A stretch of 64,000 nt of DNA from Eledone cirrhosa (lineage: Eukaryota), in the NCBI GenBank assembly GCA_964016885.1, contig OZ024741.1, positions 131,316,001 to 131,380,000 on the forward strand. The letters are read 5' to 3'. Below the pieces are notes generated by a model, which saw only the letters and a list, made by a program, of their open reading frames with translations, was not told where the DNA came from and did not search any database. The translations under genes and the position numbers were made by a program. Shown here piece by piece: positions 1 to 15,000 of the stretch (positions within the stretch are counted from its first letter, which is position 1; each line of letters begins with the position of its first letter).

Positions 1-3000
1 TCGTTGTTGTCGTTGTCATTATTGTTGTTGTTGCTGTCGTCGTTGTTATTGTTATTATTGCCGTTGTTGTCGTTGTCATTATTGTTGTTGTTGTTGTCTT
101 CATTGTTATTGTTGTTATTGCCGTTGTTGTCGTTGTCGTTATTGTTGATGTTGCTGTCATCATTGTTATTGTTGTTATTGCCGTTGGTGTCGTTGTCATT
201 ATTGTTGTTGTTGCTGTCATCGTTGTTATTGTTGTTATTCTCGTTGGTGTCGTTGTCATTATTGTTGTCGTTGTTGCTGTCGTCGTTGTTATTGTTGTTA
301 TTGCCGTTGTTGTCGTTGTCATTATTGTTGTTGTTGCTGTCGTCATTGTTATTGTAGTTATTGCCGTTGTTGTCGTTGTTATTGTTGTTGTTGTTGCTGT
401 CGTCGTTGTTATTGTTGTTATTGCCGTTGTTGTCGTTGTCATTATTGTTGTTGTTGCTGTCGTCGTTGTTATTCTTATTATTGCCGTTGTTGTCGTTGTC
501 ATTATTGTTGTTGTTGCTGTCGTCGTTGTTATTGTTGTTATTGCCGTTGTTGTCGTTGTCGTTATTGTTGATGTTGCTGTCATCATTGTTATTGTTGTTA
601 TTGCCGTTGGTGTCGTTGTCATTATTGTTGTTGTTGCTGTCGTCGTTGTTATTGTTGTTATTGCCGTTGTTGTCATTGTCATTATTGTTGTTGTTGCTGT
701 CGTCATTGTTATTGTTGTTATTGCCGTTGGTGTCGTTGTCATTATTGTTGTTGTTGCTGTCGTCATTGTTATTGTTGTTATTGCCGTTGTTGTCGTTGTC
801 ATTATTGTTGTTGTTGCTGTCGTCGTTGTTATTGTTGTTATTGCCGTTGTTGTCGTTGTCATTATTGTTGTTGTTGCTGTCGTCGTTGTTATTGTGGTTA
901 TTGCCGTTGGTGTCGTTGTCATTATTGTTGTTGTTGCTGTCATCGTTGTTATTGTTGTTATTGCCGTTGGTGTCGTTGTCATTATTGTTGTTGTTGCTGT
1001 CGTCGTTGTTATTGTTGTTATTGCCGTTGTTGTCATTGTCATTATTGTTGTTGTTGCTGTCCTCATTGTTATTGTTGTTATTGCCGTTGGTGTCGTTGTC
1101 ATTATTGTTGTTGTTGCTGTCGTCATTGTTATTGTTGTTATTGCCGTTGTTGTCGTTGTCATTATTGTTGTTGTTGCTGTCGTCGTTGTTATTGTTGTTA
1201 TTGCCGTTGTTGTGGTTGTCATTATTGTTGTTGTTGCTGTCGTCGTTGTTATTGTTGTTATTGCCGTTGTTGTCGTTGTCATTATTGTTGTTATTGCCGT
1301 TGTTGTCGTTGTTATTGTTGTAATTGCCGTTGTTGTCGTTGTCATTATTGTTGTTATTGTTGCTGTCGTCGTTGTTATTGTTGTTATTGCCGTTGTTGTT
1401 GTTGTCATTATTGTTGTTGTTGCTGTCGTTTTTGTTATTGTTGTTATTGCCGTTGTTGTCGTTGTCATTATTGTTGCTGTTGTTGCTGTCGTCGTTGTAA
1501 TTGTTGTTATTGCCGTTGTTGTCGTTGTCATTATTGTTGTTGTTGCTGTCGTCATTGTTATTGCTGTTATTGCCGTTGTTGTCGTTGTCATTATTGTTGT
1601 TGTTGCTGTCGTTTTTGTTATTGTTGTTATTGCCGTTGCTGTCGTTGTCATTATTGTTGTTGTTGCTGTCGTCATTGTTATTGTTGTTATTGCCGTTGTT
1701 GTCATATCATTATTGTTGTTGTTGCTGTCGTCGTTGTTATTGTTGTTATTGCCGTTGTTGTCGTTGTCATTATTGTCCCTGTTGCTGTCGTCATTTTTAT
1801 TGTTGTTATTGCCGTTGTTGTTGTTGTTGTTGTCATTATTGTTGTTGTTACTGTCGTCATTGTTATTGTTGTCATTGCCGTTGTTGTCGTTGTCATTATT
1901 GTTGTTGTTGCTGTCTTCGTTGTTATTGTTGTTATTGCCGTTGTTGTCGTTGTCATTATTGTTGTTGTTGCTGTCTTCGTTTTTATTGTTGTTATTGCCA
2001 TTGTTGTCGTTGTCATTATTGTTGTTGTTGCTGTCGTCATTGTTATTGTTGTTATTGCCGTTGTTGTCGTTGTCATTATTGTTGTTGTTGCTGTCTTCGT
2101 TTTTATTGTTGTTATTGCAGTTGTTGTCGTTGTCATTATTGTTGTTTTTGCTGTCGTCGTTGTTATCGTTGTTATTGCCGTTGTTGTCGTTGTCATTATT
2201 GTTGTTGTTATTGCCGTTGTTGTCGTTGTCATTATTGTTGTTGTTGCTGTCGTCGTTGTTATTGTTGTTATTGCCGTTGTTGTCGTTGTCATTATTGTTG
2301 TTGTTGTTGTCGTCGTTGTTATTGTTGTTATTGCCGTTGTTGTCGTTGTCATTATTGTTGTTGTTGCTGTCGTCATTGTTATTGTTGTTATTGCCGTTGT
2401 TGTCATTGTCATTATTGTTGTTGTTGTTGTCGTCGTTGTTATTGCCGTTGTTGTCGTTGTCATTATTGTTGTTGTTGCTGTCGTCGTTGTTATTGTTGTT
2501 ATTGCCGTTGTTGTCATTGTCATTATTGTTATTGTTGCTGTCATCATTGTTATCGTTGTTATTGCCGTTGTTGTCATTGTCATTATTGTTGTTGTTGCTG
2601 TCATCATTGTTATCGTTGTTATTGCCGTTGTTGTCGTTGTCATTATTGTTGTTGTTGCTGTCGTCATTGTTACCGTTGTTATTGCCATTGTTGTCGTTGT
2701 CATTATTGTTGTTGTTGCTGTCGTCATTGTTATTGTTGTTATTGCCGTTGTTGTCATTGTCATTATTGTTGTTGTTGTTGTCGTCGTTGTTATTGCCGTT
2801 GTTGTCGTTGTCATTATTGTTGTTGTTGCTGTCGTCGTTGTTATTGTTGTTATTGCCGTTGTTGTCGTTGTCATTATTGTTGTTGTTGCTGTCGTCGTTG
2901 TTATTGTTGTTATTGCCGTTGTTGTCATTGTCATTATTGTTATTGTTGCTGTCATCATTGTTATCGTTGTTATTGCCGTTGTTGTCATTGTCATTATTGT

Positions 3001-6000
3001 TGTTGTTGCTGTCATCATTGTTATCGTTGTTATTGCCGTTGTTGTCGTTGTCATTATTGTTGTTGTTGCTGTCGTCATTGTTACCGTTGTTATTGCCATT
3101 GTTGTCGTTGTCATTATTGTTGTTGTTGCTGTCGTCATTGTTATTGTTGTTATTGCCGTTGTTGTCGTTGTCATTATTGTTATTGTTGTTATTGCGGTTG
3201 TTGTCATTGTCATTATTGTTGTTGTTGCTGTCATCATTGTTATTGTTGTTATTGCCGTTGTTGTCGTTGTCATTATTGTTGTAGTTGCTGTCGTCATTGT
3301 TATTGTTGTTATTGCCGTTGTTGTCGTTGTCATTATTGTTGTTGTTGTTGCTGTCGTCATTGTTATTATTGTTATTGCCGTTGTTGTCGATGTCATTATT
3401 GCTGTTGTTGCTGTCGTCGTTGTTATTATTGTTATTGCCGTTGTTGTCGTTGTCATTATTGTTGTTGTTGCTGTCGTCATTGTTATTGTTGTTATTGCCG
3501 TTGTTGTCGTTGTCATTATTGTTGTTGTTGCTGTCGTCGTTGTTTTTTTTGTTATTGCCGTTGTTGTCGTTGTCATTATTGTTTTTGTTGTTGTTGCTGT
3601 CGTCGTTGTTATTGTTGTTATTGCCGTTGTTGTCGTTGTCATTATTGTTGTTGTTGCTGTCGTTATTGTTATTGTTGTTATTTCCGTTGTTGTCGTTGTC
3701 ATTATTGTTGTTGTTGTTGCTGTCGTCATTGTTATTATTGTTATTCCCGTTGTTGTCGATGTCTTTATTGTTGTTGTTGCTGTCGTCGTTGTTATTGTTG
3801 TTATTGCCGTTGTTGTCGTTGTCATTATTGTTGTTGTTGCTGTCGTCGTTGTTATTGTTGTTATTGCCGTTGTTGTCGTTGTCATTATTGTTGTTGTTGC
3901 TGTCGTCATTGTTATTGTTGTTATTGCCGTTGTTGTCGTTGTCATTATTGTTGTTGTTGCTGTCGTCGTTGTTATTGTTGTTATTGCCGTTGTTGTCGTT
4001 GTCATTATTGTTGTTGTTGCTGTCGTCATTGTTATTGTTGTTATTGACGTTGTTGTCGTTGACATTATTTTTGTTGTTGCTGTCGTCGTTGTTATTGTTG
4101 TTATTGTCGTTGTTGTCGTTGTCATTATTGTTGTTGTTGCTGTCGTCGTTGTTATTGTTGTTATTGCCGTTGTTGTCGTTGTCATTATTGTTGTTGTTGC
4201 TGTCGTCATTGTTATTGTTGTTATTGCCGTTGTTGTCGTTGTCATTATTGTTGTTGTTGCTGTCTTCGTTTTTATTGTTGTTATTGCAGTTGTTGTCGTT
4301 GTCATTATTGTTGTTTTTGCTGTCGTCGTTGTTATTGTTGTTATTGCCGTTGTTGTCGTTGTCATTATTGTTGTTGTTATTGCCGTTGTTGTCGTTGTTA
4401 TTGTTGTTATTGTCGTTGTTGTCGTTGTCATTATTGTTGTTGTTGCTGTCGTCGTTGTTATTGTTGTTATTGCCGTTGTTGTCGTTGTCATTATTGTTGT
4501 TGTTGCTGTCGTCGTTGTTATTGTTATTGCCGTTGTTGTCGTTGTTATTGTTGTTATTGCCGTTGTTGTCGTTGTCATTATTGTTGTTGTTGCTGTCGTC
4601 GTTGTTATTTTTGTTATTGCCGTTGTTGTCGATGTCATTATTGTTGTTGTTGTTGTTGCTGTCGTCGTTGTTATTGTTGTTATTGCCGTTGTTGTCGTTG
4701 TCATTATTGTTGTTGTTGCTGTCGTCATTGTTATTGTTGTTATTGCCGTTGTTGTCATTGTCATTATTGTTGTTGTTGTTGCTGTCGTCATTGTTATTAT
4801 TGTTATTCCCGTTGTTGTCGTTGTCATTATTGTTGTTGTTGTTGCTGTCGTCATTGTTATTGTTGTTATTGCCGTTGTTGTCGTTGTCATTATTGTTGTT
4901 GTTGCTGTCGTCGTTGTTATTGTTGTTATTGCCGTTGTTGTCGTTGTCATTATTGTTGTTGTTGCTGTCGTTGTTGTTATTGTTGTCATTGCCGTTGTTG
5001 TCGTTGTCATTATTGTTGTTGTTGCTGTCGTCATTGTTATTGTTGTTATTGCCGTTGTTGTCGTTGACATTTTTTTTGTTGTTGCTGTCGTCATTGTTAT
5101 TGTTGTTATTGCCGTTGTTGTCGTTGACATTATTTTTGTTGTTGCTGTCGTCATTGTTATTGTTGTTATTGCCGTTGTTGTCGTTGTCATTATTGTTGTT
5201 GTTGTTGCTGTCGTCATTGTTATTGTTATTGCCGTTGTTGTCGTTGTTATTGTTGTTATTGTCGTTGTTGTCGTTGTCATTATTGTTGATGTTGTTGTCG
5301 TCGTTGTTATTGTTGTTATTACCGTTGTTGTCGTTGTCATTATTGTTGTTGTTGTTGTCGTCGTTGTTATTGTTGTTATTGCCGTTGTTGTCGTTGTCAT
5401 TATTGTTGTTGTTGCTGTCGTCATTGTTATTGTTGTTATTGCCGTTGTTGTCGTTGTCCTTATTGTTGTTGTTGCTGTCGTCATTGTTATTGTTGTTATT
5501 GCCGTTGTTGTCCTTGTCATTATTGTTGTTGTTGCTGTCGTCATTGTTATTGTTGTTATTGCCGTTGTTGTCGTTGTCATTATTGTTGTTGTTGCTGTCG
5601 TCATTGTTATTTTTGTTATTGCCGTTGTTGTCGTTGTTATTATTGTTGTTGTTGCTGTCGTCATTGTTATTGTTGTTATTGCCGTTGTTGTCGTTGTCAT
5701 TATTGTTGTGTTGTTGCTGTCGTCATTGTTATTGTTGTTATTGCCGTTGTTGTCCTTGTCATTATTGTTGTTGTTGTTGCTGTCGTCATTGTTATTGTTG
5801 TTATTGCCGTTGTTGTCGTTGTCATTATTGTTGTTGTTGCTGTCGTCATTGTTATTGTTGTTATTGCCGTTGTTGTCGTTCTCATTATTGTTGTTGTTGT
5901 TGCTGTCGTCATTGTTATTGTCGTTTTTGCCGTCGTTGTGGTTTTTATTATTGTTGTTGTTGCTGTCGTCATTGTTATTGTCGTTTTTGCCGTCGTTGTG

Positions 6001-9000
6001 GTTTTTATTATTGTTGTTGTTGCTGTCGTCATTGTTATTGATGTTATTGCCGTTGTTGTCATTGTCATTATTGTTGTTGTTGTTGTGTCATCATTGTTAT
6101 TGTTGTTATTGCCGTTGTTGTCATTGTTATTATTGTTGTTGTTGTTGTCGTCATTGTTATTGTTGTTATTGCCGTTGTTGTCGTTGTCATTATTGTTGTT
6201 GTTGTTGTCGTTGTTATTGTTGTTATTGCCGTTGTTGTCGTTGTCATTATTGTTGTTGTCGTCGTTGTTATTGTGGTTATTGCCGTTGTTGTCGTTGTCA
6301 TTATTGTTGTTGTTGCTGTCGTCGTTGTTATTGTTGTTATTGCCGTTGTTGTCGTTGTCATTATTGTTGTTGTTGTTGTCGTCGTTGTTATTGTTGTTAT
6401 TGCCGTTGTTGTCGTTGTCATTATTGTTGTTGTTGCTGTCGTCGTTGTTATTGTTGTTATTGCCGTTGTTGTCGTTGTCATTATTGTTGTTGTTGTTGTC
6501 GTTGTTATTGTTGTTATTGCCGTTGTTGTCGTTGTCATTATTGTTGTTGTTGCTGTCGTCATTGTTATTGTTGTTATTGCCGTTGTTGTCATTGTCATTA
6601 TTGTTGTTGTTGTTGTCGTCGTTGTTATTGCCGTTGTTGTCGTTGTCATTATTGTTGTTGTTGCTGTCGTCGTTGTTATTGTTGTTATTGCCGTTGTTGT
6701 CATTGTCATTATTGTTGTTGTTGCTGTCATCACTGTTATCGTTATTATTGCCGTTGTTGTCGTTGTCGTTATTGTTGTTGTTTCTGTCGTCATTGTTATT
6801 GTTGTTATTGCCGTTGTTGTCATTGTCATTATTGTTGTTGTTGCTGTCATCATTGTTATTGTTGTTATTGCCGTTGTTGTCGTTGTCATTATTGTTGTAG
6901 TTGCTGTCGTCATTGTTATTGTTGTTATTGCCATTGTTGTCATTGTCATTATTGTTGTTGTTGCTGTCGTCATTGTTATTGTTGTTATTGCCGTTGTTGT
7001 CATTGTCATTATTGTTGTTGTTGCTGTCATCATTGTTATTGTTGTTATTGCCGTTGTTGTCGTTGTCATTATTGTTGTTGTTGCTGTCGTCATTGTTATT
7101 GTTGTTATTGCCATTGTTGTCATTGTCATTATTGTTGTAGTTGCTGTCGTCATTGTTATTGTTGTTATTGCCATTGTTGTCATTGTCATTATTGTTGTTG
7201 TTGCTGTCGTCATTGTTATTGTTGTTATTGCCGTTGTTGTCATTGTCATTATTGTTGTTGTTGCTGTCATCATTGTTATTGTTGTTATTGCCGTTGTTGT
7301 CGTTGTCATTATTGTTGTAGTTGCTGTCGTCATTGTTATTGTTGTTATTGCCGTTGTTGTCGTTGTCATTATTGTTGTTGTTGTTGCTGTCGTCATTGTT
7401 ATTATTGTTATTGCCGTTGTTGTCGATGTCATTATTGCTGTTGTTGCTGTCGTCGTTGTTATTATTGTTATTGCCGTTGTTCTCGTTGTCATTATTGTTG
7501 TTGTTGCTGTCGTCATTGTTATTGTTGTTATTGCCGTTGTTGTCGTTGTCATTATTGTTGTTGTTGCTGTCGTCGTTGTTATTTTTGTTATTGCCGTTGT
7601 TGTCGTTGTCATTATTGTTTTTGTTGTTGTTGCTGTCGGCGTTGTTATTGTTGTTATTGCCGTTGTTGTCGTTGTCATTATTGTTGTTGTTGCTGTCGTT
7701 ATTGTTATTGTTGTTATTGCCGTTGTTGTCGATGTCATTATTGTTGTTGTTGCTGTCGTCATTGTTATTATTGTTATTCCCGTTGTTGTCGATGTCTTTA
7801 TTGTTGTTGTTGCTGTCGTCGTTGTTATTGTTGTTATTGCCGTTGTTGTCGTTGTCATTATTGTTGTTGTTATTGCCGTTGTTGTCGTTGTTATTGTTGT
7901 TATTACCGTTGTTGTCGTTGTCATTATTGTTGTTGTTGCTGTCGTCGTTCTTATTGTTGTTATTGCCGTTGTTGTCGTTGTCATTATTGTTGTTGTTGCT
8001 GTCGTCGTTGTTATTGTTGTTATTGCCGTTGTTGTCGTTGTCATTATTGTTGTTGTTATTGCCGTTGTTGTCGTTGTTATTGTTGTTATTACCGTTGTTG
8101 TCGTTGTCATTATTGTTGTTGTTGCTGTAGTCATTGTTATTGTTGTTATTGCCGTTGTTGTCGTTGTCATTATTGTTGTTGTTGCTGTCGTCGTTGTTAT
8201 TGTTGTTATTGCCGTTGTTGTCGTTGTCATTATTGTTGTTGTTATTGCCGTTGTTGTCGTTGTTATTGTTGTTATTACCGTTGTTGTCGTTGTCATTATT
8301 GTTGTTGTTGCTGTCGTCGTTCTTATTGTTGTTATTGCCGTTGTTGTCGTTGTCATTATTGTTGTTGTTGCTGTCGTCGTTGTTATTGTTATTGACGTTG
8401 TTGTCGTTGTTATTGTTGTTATTGCCGTTGTTGTCGTTGTCATTATTGTTGTTGTTGCTGTCGTCGTTGTTATTGTTATTGCCGTTGTTGTCGTTGTTAT
8501 TGTTGTTATTGCCGCTGTTGTCGTTGTCATTATTGTTGTTGTTGCTGTCATCGTTGTTATTTTTGTTATTGCCGTTGTTGTCGTTGTCATTATTGTTGTT
8601 GTTGTTGCTGTCGTCGTTGTTATTGTTGTTATTGCCGTTGTTGTCGTTGTCATTATTGTTGTTGTTGTTGTCGTCATTGTTATTGTTGTTATTGCCGTTG
8701 TTGTCGATGTTATTATTGTTGTTGTTGCTGTCGTCGTTGTTATCGTTGTTATTGCCGTTGTTGTCCTTGTCATTATTGTTGTTGTTGTTGCTGTCGTCAT
8801 TGTTATTATTGTTATTCCCGTTGTTGTCGATGTTATTATTGTTGTTGTTGCTGTCGTCGTTGTTATTGTTATTATTGCCGTTGTTGTCGTTGTCATTATT
8901 GTTGTTGTTGCTGTCGTCGTTGTTATCGTTGTTATTGCCGTTGTTGTCGTTGTCATTATTGTTGTTGTTGCTGTCGTCGTTGTTATTGTTGTTATTGCCG

Positions 9001-12000
9001 TTGTTGTCGTTGTCATTATTGTTGTTGTTGCTGTCGTCATTGTTATTGTTGTTATTGCCGTTGTTGTCGTTGACATTATTTTTGTTGTTGCTGTCGTCAT
9101 TGTTATTGTTGTTATTGCCGTTGTTGTCGTTGACATTATTTTTGTTGTTGCTGTCGTCATTGTTATTGTTGTTATTGCCGTTGTTGTCGTTGTCATTATT
9201 GTTGTTGTTGTTGCTGTCGTCATTGTTATTGTTATTGCCGTTGTTGTCGTTGTTATTGTTGTTATTGCCGTTGTTGTCGTTGTCATTATTGTTGTTGTTG
9301 CTGTCGTCGTTGTTATTGTTATTGCCGTTGTTGTCGTTGTTATTGTTGTTATTGCCGTTGTTGTCGTTGTCATTATTGTTGTTGTTGCTGTCGTCGTTGT
9401 TATTTTTGTTATTGCCGTTGTTGTCGTTGTCATTATTGTTGTTGTTGTTGCTGTCGTCGTTGTTATTGTTGTTATTGCCGTTGTTGTCGTTGTCATTATT
9501 GTTGTTGTTGCTGTCGTCATTGTTATTGTTGTTATTGCCGTTGTTGTCGTTATCATTATTGTTGTTGTTGTTGCTGTCGTCGTTGTTATTGTTGTTATTG
9601 CAGTTGTTGTCGTTGTCATTATTGTTGTTGTTGCTGTCGTCGTTGTTATTGTTGTTATTGCAGTTGTTGTCGTTGTCATTATTGTTGTTGTTGCTGTCGT
9701 CGTTGTTATTGTTGTTATTGCCGTTGTTGTCGTTGTCATTATTGTTGTTGTTGCTGTCGTCATTGTTATTGTTGTTATTGCCGTTGTTGTCGTTGACATT
9801 ATTTTTGTTGTTGCAGTCGTCATTGTTATTGTTGTTATTGCCGTTGTTGTCGTTGTCATTATTGTTGTTGTTGCTGTCGTCGTTGTTATTGTTGTTATTG
9901 CCGTTTTTGTCGTTGTCATTATTGTTGTTGTTGCTGTCGTCGTTGTTATTGATGTTATTGCCGTTGTTGTCGTTGTCATTATTGTTGTTGTTGCTGTCAT
10001 CGTTGTTATTGTTGTTATTGACGTTGTTGTCGTTGTCATTATTGTTGTTGTTGTTGTCGTTATTGTTGTTGTTGTTGCTGTCGTCATTGTTATTGTTGTT
10101 ATTGCCGTTGTTGTCGTTGTCATTATTGTTATTGTTGCTGTCGTCGTTGTTATTGTTATTGCCGTTGTTGTCGTTGTTATTGTTGTTGTTGTATCTGTCG
10201 TCGTTGTTATTGTTGTTATTGCCGTTGTTGTCGTTGTCATTGTAGTTGTTGTTGCTGTCGCCATTGTTATTGTTGTTATTGCCGTTGTTGTCGTTGTCAT
10301 TATTGTTGTTGTTGTTGTCGTCATTGTTATTGTAGTTATTGCCGTTGTTGTCGTTGTCATTATTGTTGTTGTTGCTGTCGTCATTGTTATTGTTGTTATT
10401 GCCGTTGTTGTCATTGTTATTATTTTTGTTGTTGCTGTCGTCATTTTTATTGTTGTTATTGCCGTTGTTGTCGTTGTCATTATTGTTCTTGTTGTTGCTG
10501 TCGTCGTTGTTATTGTTGTTATTGCCGTTGTTGTCGTTGTCATTATTGTTGATGCTGTCGTCATTGTTATAGTTGTTATTGCCGTTGTTGTCGTTGTCGT
10601 TATTGTTGTTGCTGTTGCTGTCGTCGTTGTTATTGCCGTTGTTGTCGTTGTCATTATTGTTGTTGTTGCTGTCGTCTTTGTTATTGTTGTTATTGCCGTT
10701 GTTGTCGTTGTCATTATTGTTGTTGTTGTTGTCGTCGTTGTTATTGTTGTTATTGCCGTTGTTGTCGTTGTCAATATTGTTGTTGTTGCTGTCGTCGTTG
10801 TTATTGTTGTTATTGCCGTTGTTGTCGTTGTCATTATTGTTGTTGTTGCTGTCATCGTTGTTATTGTTGTTATTGCCGTTGTTGTCGTTGTCATTATTGT
10901 TGTTGTTGCTGTCGTCGTTGTTATTGTTGTTATAGGCGTTGTTGTCGTTGTCGTTGTTGTTGTCGTCATTGTTATTGTTGTTATTGCCGTTGTTGTCGTT
11001 GTCGTTATTGTTGTTGTTGCTGTCGTTGTTGTTATCGTTGTTATTGCCGTTGTTGTGGTTGTCATTATTGCTGTTGTTGCTGTCGTCATTGTTATTGTTT
11101 TTATTGCCGTTGTTGTCGTTGTCATTATTGTTGTTGTTGCTGTCGTCGTTGTTATTGTTGTTATTGCCGTTGTCGTTATTGTTGTTGTTGCTGTGGTCGT
11201 TGTTATTGTTGTTATTGCCGTTGTTGTCGTTGTCGTTGTTGTTGTTGTTGCTGTCGTCGTTGTTATTGTTGTTATTGCCGTTCTTGTCGTTGTCATTATT
11301 GTTGTTGTTGTTGCTGTCGTCGTTGTTATTGTTGTTATTGCCGTTGTTGTAGTTGTCATTATTGTTGTTGTTGCTGTCATCGTTGTTATTGTTGTTATTG
11401 CCGTTGTTGTCGTTGTCATTATTGTTGTTGTTGTTGCTGTCGTCGTTGTTATTGTTGTTATTGCCGTTGTTGTCGTTTTCATTATTGTTGTTGTTGCTGT
11501 CATCGTTGTTATTGTTGTTATTGCCGTTGTTGTCGTTGTCATTATTGTTGTTGTTGTTGCTGTCGTCATCGTTATTGTTGTTATTGCCGTTGTTGTCGTT
11601 GTCATTATTGTTGTTGTTGTTGCTGTCGTCATTGTTATTGTTGTTATTGCCGTTGTTGTCGATGTCATTATTGTTGTTGTTGCTGTCATCGTTGTTATTG
11701 TTGTTATTGCCGTTGTTGTCGTTGTCATTATTGTTATTGTTGCTGTCGTCAACGTTATAGTTGTTATTGCCGTTGTTGTCGTTGTCATTGTTGTTGTTGT
11801 TGTTGCTGTTGTCATTGTTATTGTTGTTATTGCCGTTGTTGTTGTTGTCGTTATTGTTGTTGTTGTTGTTGCTGTCGTCGTTGTTATTGTTGTTATTGCC
11901 GTTGTCGTCGTGTTATTGTTGTTATTGCCGTTGTTGTCGTTGTCATTATTGTTGTTGTTGCTGCCGTCGTTGTTATTGGTATTATTGCTGTTGTTGTCGT

Positions 12001-15000
12001 TGTCATTATTGTTGTTGTTGCTGTCCTCGTTGTTATTGTTGTTATTGCCGTTGTTGTCGTTGTTATTATTGTTGTTGTTACAGTCGTCATTGTTATTGTT
12101 GTTATTGCCGTTGTTGTCGTTGTCATTATTGTTGTTGTTGTTGTTGCTGTCATTCTTATTGTTGTTATTGCCGTTGTTGTCGTTGTTATTGTTGTTATTG
12201 CCGTTGTTGTCGTTGTCATTATTGTTGTTGTTGCTGTCGTCGTTGTTATTGTTGTTATTGCCGTTGTTGTCGTTGTCATTATTGTTGTTGTTGCTGTCGT
12301 CGTTGTTATTGTTATTGCCGTTGTTGTCGTTGTTATTGTTGTTATTGCCGTTGTTGTCGTTGTCATTATTGTTGTTGTTGCTGAGGTCGTTGTTATTGTT
12401 ATTGCTGTTGTTGTCGTTGTTATTGTTGTTATTGCCGTTGTTGTCGTTGTCATTATTGTTGTTGTTGCTGTCGTCGTTGTTATTTTTGTTATTGCCGTTG
12501 TTGTCGTTGTCATTATTGTTGTTGTTGTTGTTGCTGTCGTCGTTGTTATTGTTGTTATTGCAGTTGTTGTCGTTGTCATTATTGTTGTTGTTGCTGTCGT
12601 CATTGTTATTGTTGTAATTGCCGTTGTTGTCGTTGTCATTATTGTTGTTGTTGTTGCTGTCGTCATTGTTATTATTGTTATTCCCGTTGTTGTCGATATC
12701 ATTATTGTTGTTGTTGCTGTCGTCGTTGTTATTGTTGTTATTGCCGTTGTTGTCGTTGTCATTATTGTTGTTGTTGCTGTCGTCGTTGTTATTGTTGTTA
12801 TTGCCGTTGTTGTCGTTGTTATTATTGTTGTTTTTGCTGTCGTCGTTGTCATCGTTGTTATTGCCGTTGTTGTCGTTGTCATTATTGTTGTTGTTGCTGT
12901 CGTCGTTGTTATTGTTGTTATTGCCGTTGTTGTCGTTGTCATTATTGTTGTTGTTGCTGTCGTCATTGTTATTATTGTTATTGCCGTTGTTGTCGTTGAC
13001 ATTATTTTTGTTGTTGCTGTCGTCATTGTTATTGTTGTTATTGCCGTTGTTGTCATTGTCATTATTGTTGTTGTTGCTGTCGCCGTTGTTATTGTTGTTA
13101 TTGCCGTTGTTGTCGTTGTCATTATTGTTGTTGTTGTTGCTGTCGCCGTTGTTATTGTTGTTATTGCCGTTGTTGTCGTTGTCATTATTGTTGTTGTTGC
13201 TTTCGTCGTTGTTATTGTTGTTATTGCCGTTGTTGTCGTTGTCATTATTGTTGTTGTTGCTTTCGTCGTTGTTATTGTTGTTATTGCCGTTGTTGTCGTT
13301 GTCATTATTGTTGTTGTTGCTGTCGTCGTTGTTATTGTTGTTATTGCCGTTGTTGTCGTTGTCATTATTGTTGTTGTTGCTGTCGTCGTTTTTATTGTTG
13401 TTATTGCCGTTGTTGTCGTTGTCATTATTGTTGTTGTTGCTGTCGTCGTTGTTATTGTTGTTATTGCAGTTGTTGTCGTTGTCATTATTGTTGTTGTTGC
13501 TGTCGTCGTTGTTATTGTTGTTATTGCGGTTGTTGTCGTTGTCATTATTGTTGTTGTTGCTGTCGTCATTGTTATTGTTGTTATTGCCGTTGTTGTCGTT
13601 GACATTATTTTTGTTGTTGCTGTCGTCATTGTTATTGTTGTTATTGCCGTTGTTGTCGTTGTCATTATTGTTGTTGTTGCTGTCGTCGTTGTTATTGTTG
13701 TTATTGACGTTGTTGTCGTTGTCATTATTGTTGTTGTTGCTGTCGTCGTTGTTATTGATGTTATTGCCGTTGTTGTCGTTGTCATTATTGTTGTTGTTGC
13801 TGTCATCGTTGTTATTGTTGTTATTGCCGTTGTTGTCGTTGTCATTATTGTCGTTGTTGTTGTCGTTATTGTTGTTGTTGTTGCTGTCGTCATTGTTATT
13901 GTTGTTATTGCCGATGTTGTCGTTGTCATTATTGTTGTTGTTGCTGTCGTCGTTGTTATTGTTGTTATTGCCGGTGTTGTCGTTGTCATTATTGTTGTTG
14001 TTGCTGTCATCGTTGTTATTGTTGTTATTGCCGTTGTTGTCGTTGTCATTATTGTTGTTGTTGTTGTCGTTATTGTTGTTGTTGTTGCTGTCGTCATTGT
14101 TATTGTTGTTATTGCCGATGTTGTCGTTGTCATTATTGTTGTTGTTGCTGTCGTCGTTGTTATTGTTGTTATTGCCGGTGTTGTCGTTGTCATTATTGTT
14201 GTTGTTGCTGTCATCGTTGTTATTGTTGTTATTGCCGTTCTTGTCGTTGTCGTTATTGTTGTTGTTGCTGTCGTTGTTGTTATCGTTGTTATTGCCGTTG
14301 TTGTGGTTGTCATTATTGTTGTTGTTGCTGTCGTCGTTGTTATTGTTCTTATTGCCGTTTTTGTCGTTGTCATTATTGTTGTTGTTGCTGTCGTCGTTGT
14401 TATTGTTGTTATTGCCGTTGTTGTCGTTGTCGTTATTGTTGTTGTTGCTGTCGTCGTTGTTATTGTTGTTATTGCCGTTGTTGTCGTTGTTGTTGTTGTT
14501 GTTGCTGTCGTCGTTGTTATTGTTGTTATTGCCGTTCTTGTCGTTGTCATTATTGTTGTTGTTGTTGCTGTCGTCGTTGTTATTGTTGTTATTGCCGTTG
14601 TTGTCGTTGTCATTATTGTTGTTGTTGCTGTCATCGTTGTTATTGTTGATATTGCCGTTGTTTTCGTTGTCATTATTGTCGTTGATGTTGCTGTCGTCGT
14701 TGTTATTGTTGTTATTGCCGTTGTTGTATTTTTCATTATTGTTGTTGTTGCTGTCATCGTTGTTATTGTTGTTATTGCCGTTGTTGTCGTTGTCATTATT
14801 GTTGTTGTTGTTGCTGTCGTCATCGTTATTGTTGTTATTGCCGTTGTTGTCGTTGTCATTATTGTTGTTGTTGTTGCTGTTGTCATTGTTATTGTTGTTA
14901 TTGCCGTTGTTGTCGTTGTCATTATTGTTGTTGTTGCTGTCATCGTTGTTATTGTTGTTATTGCCGTTGTTGTCGTTGTCATTATTGTTGTTGTTGCTGT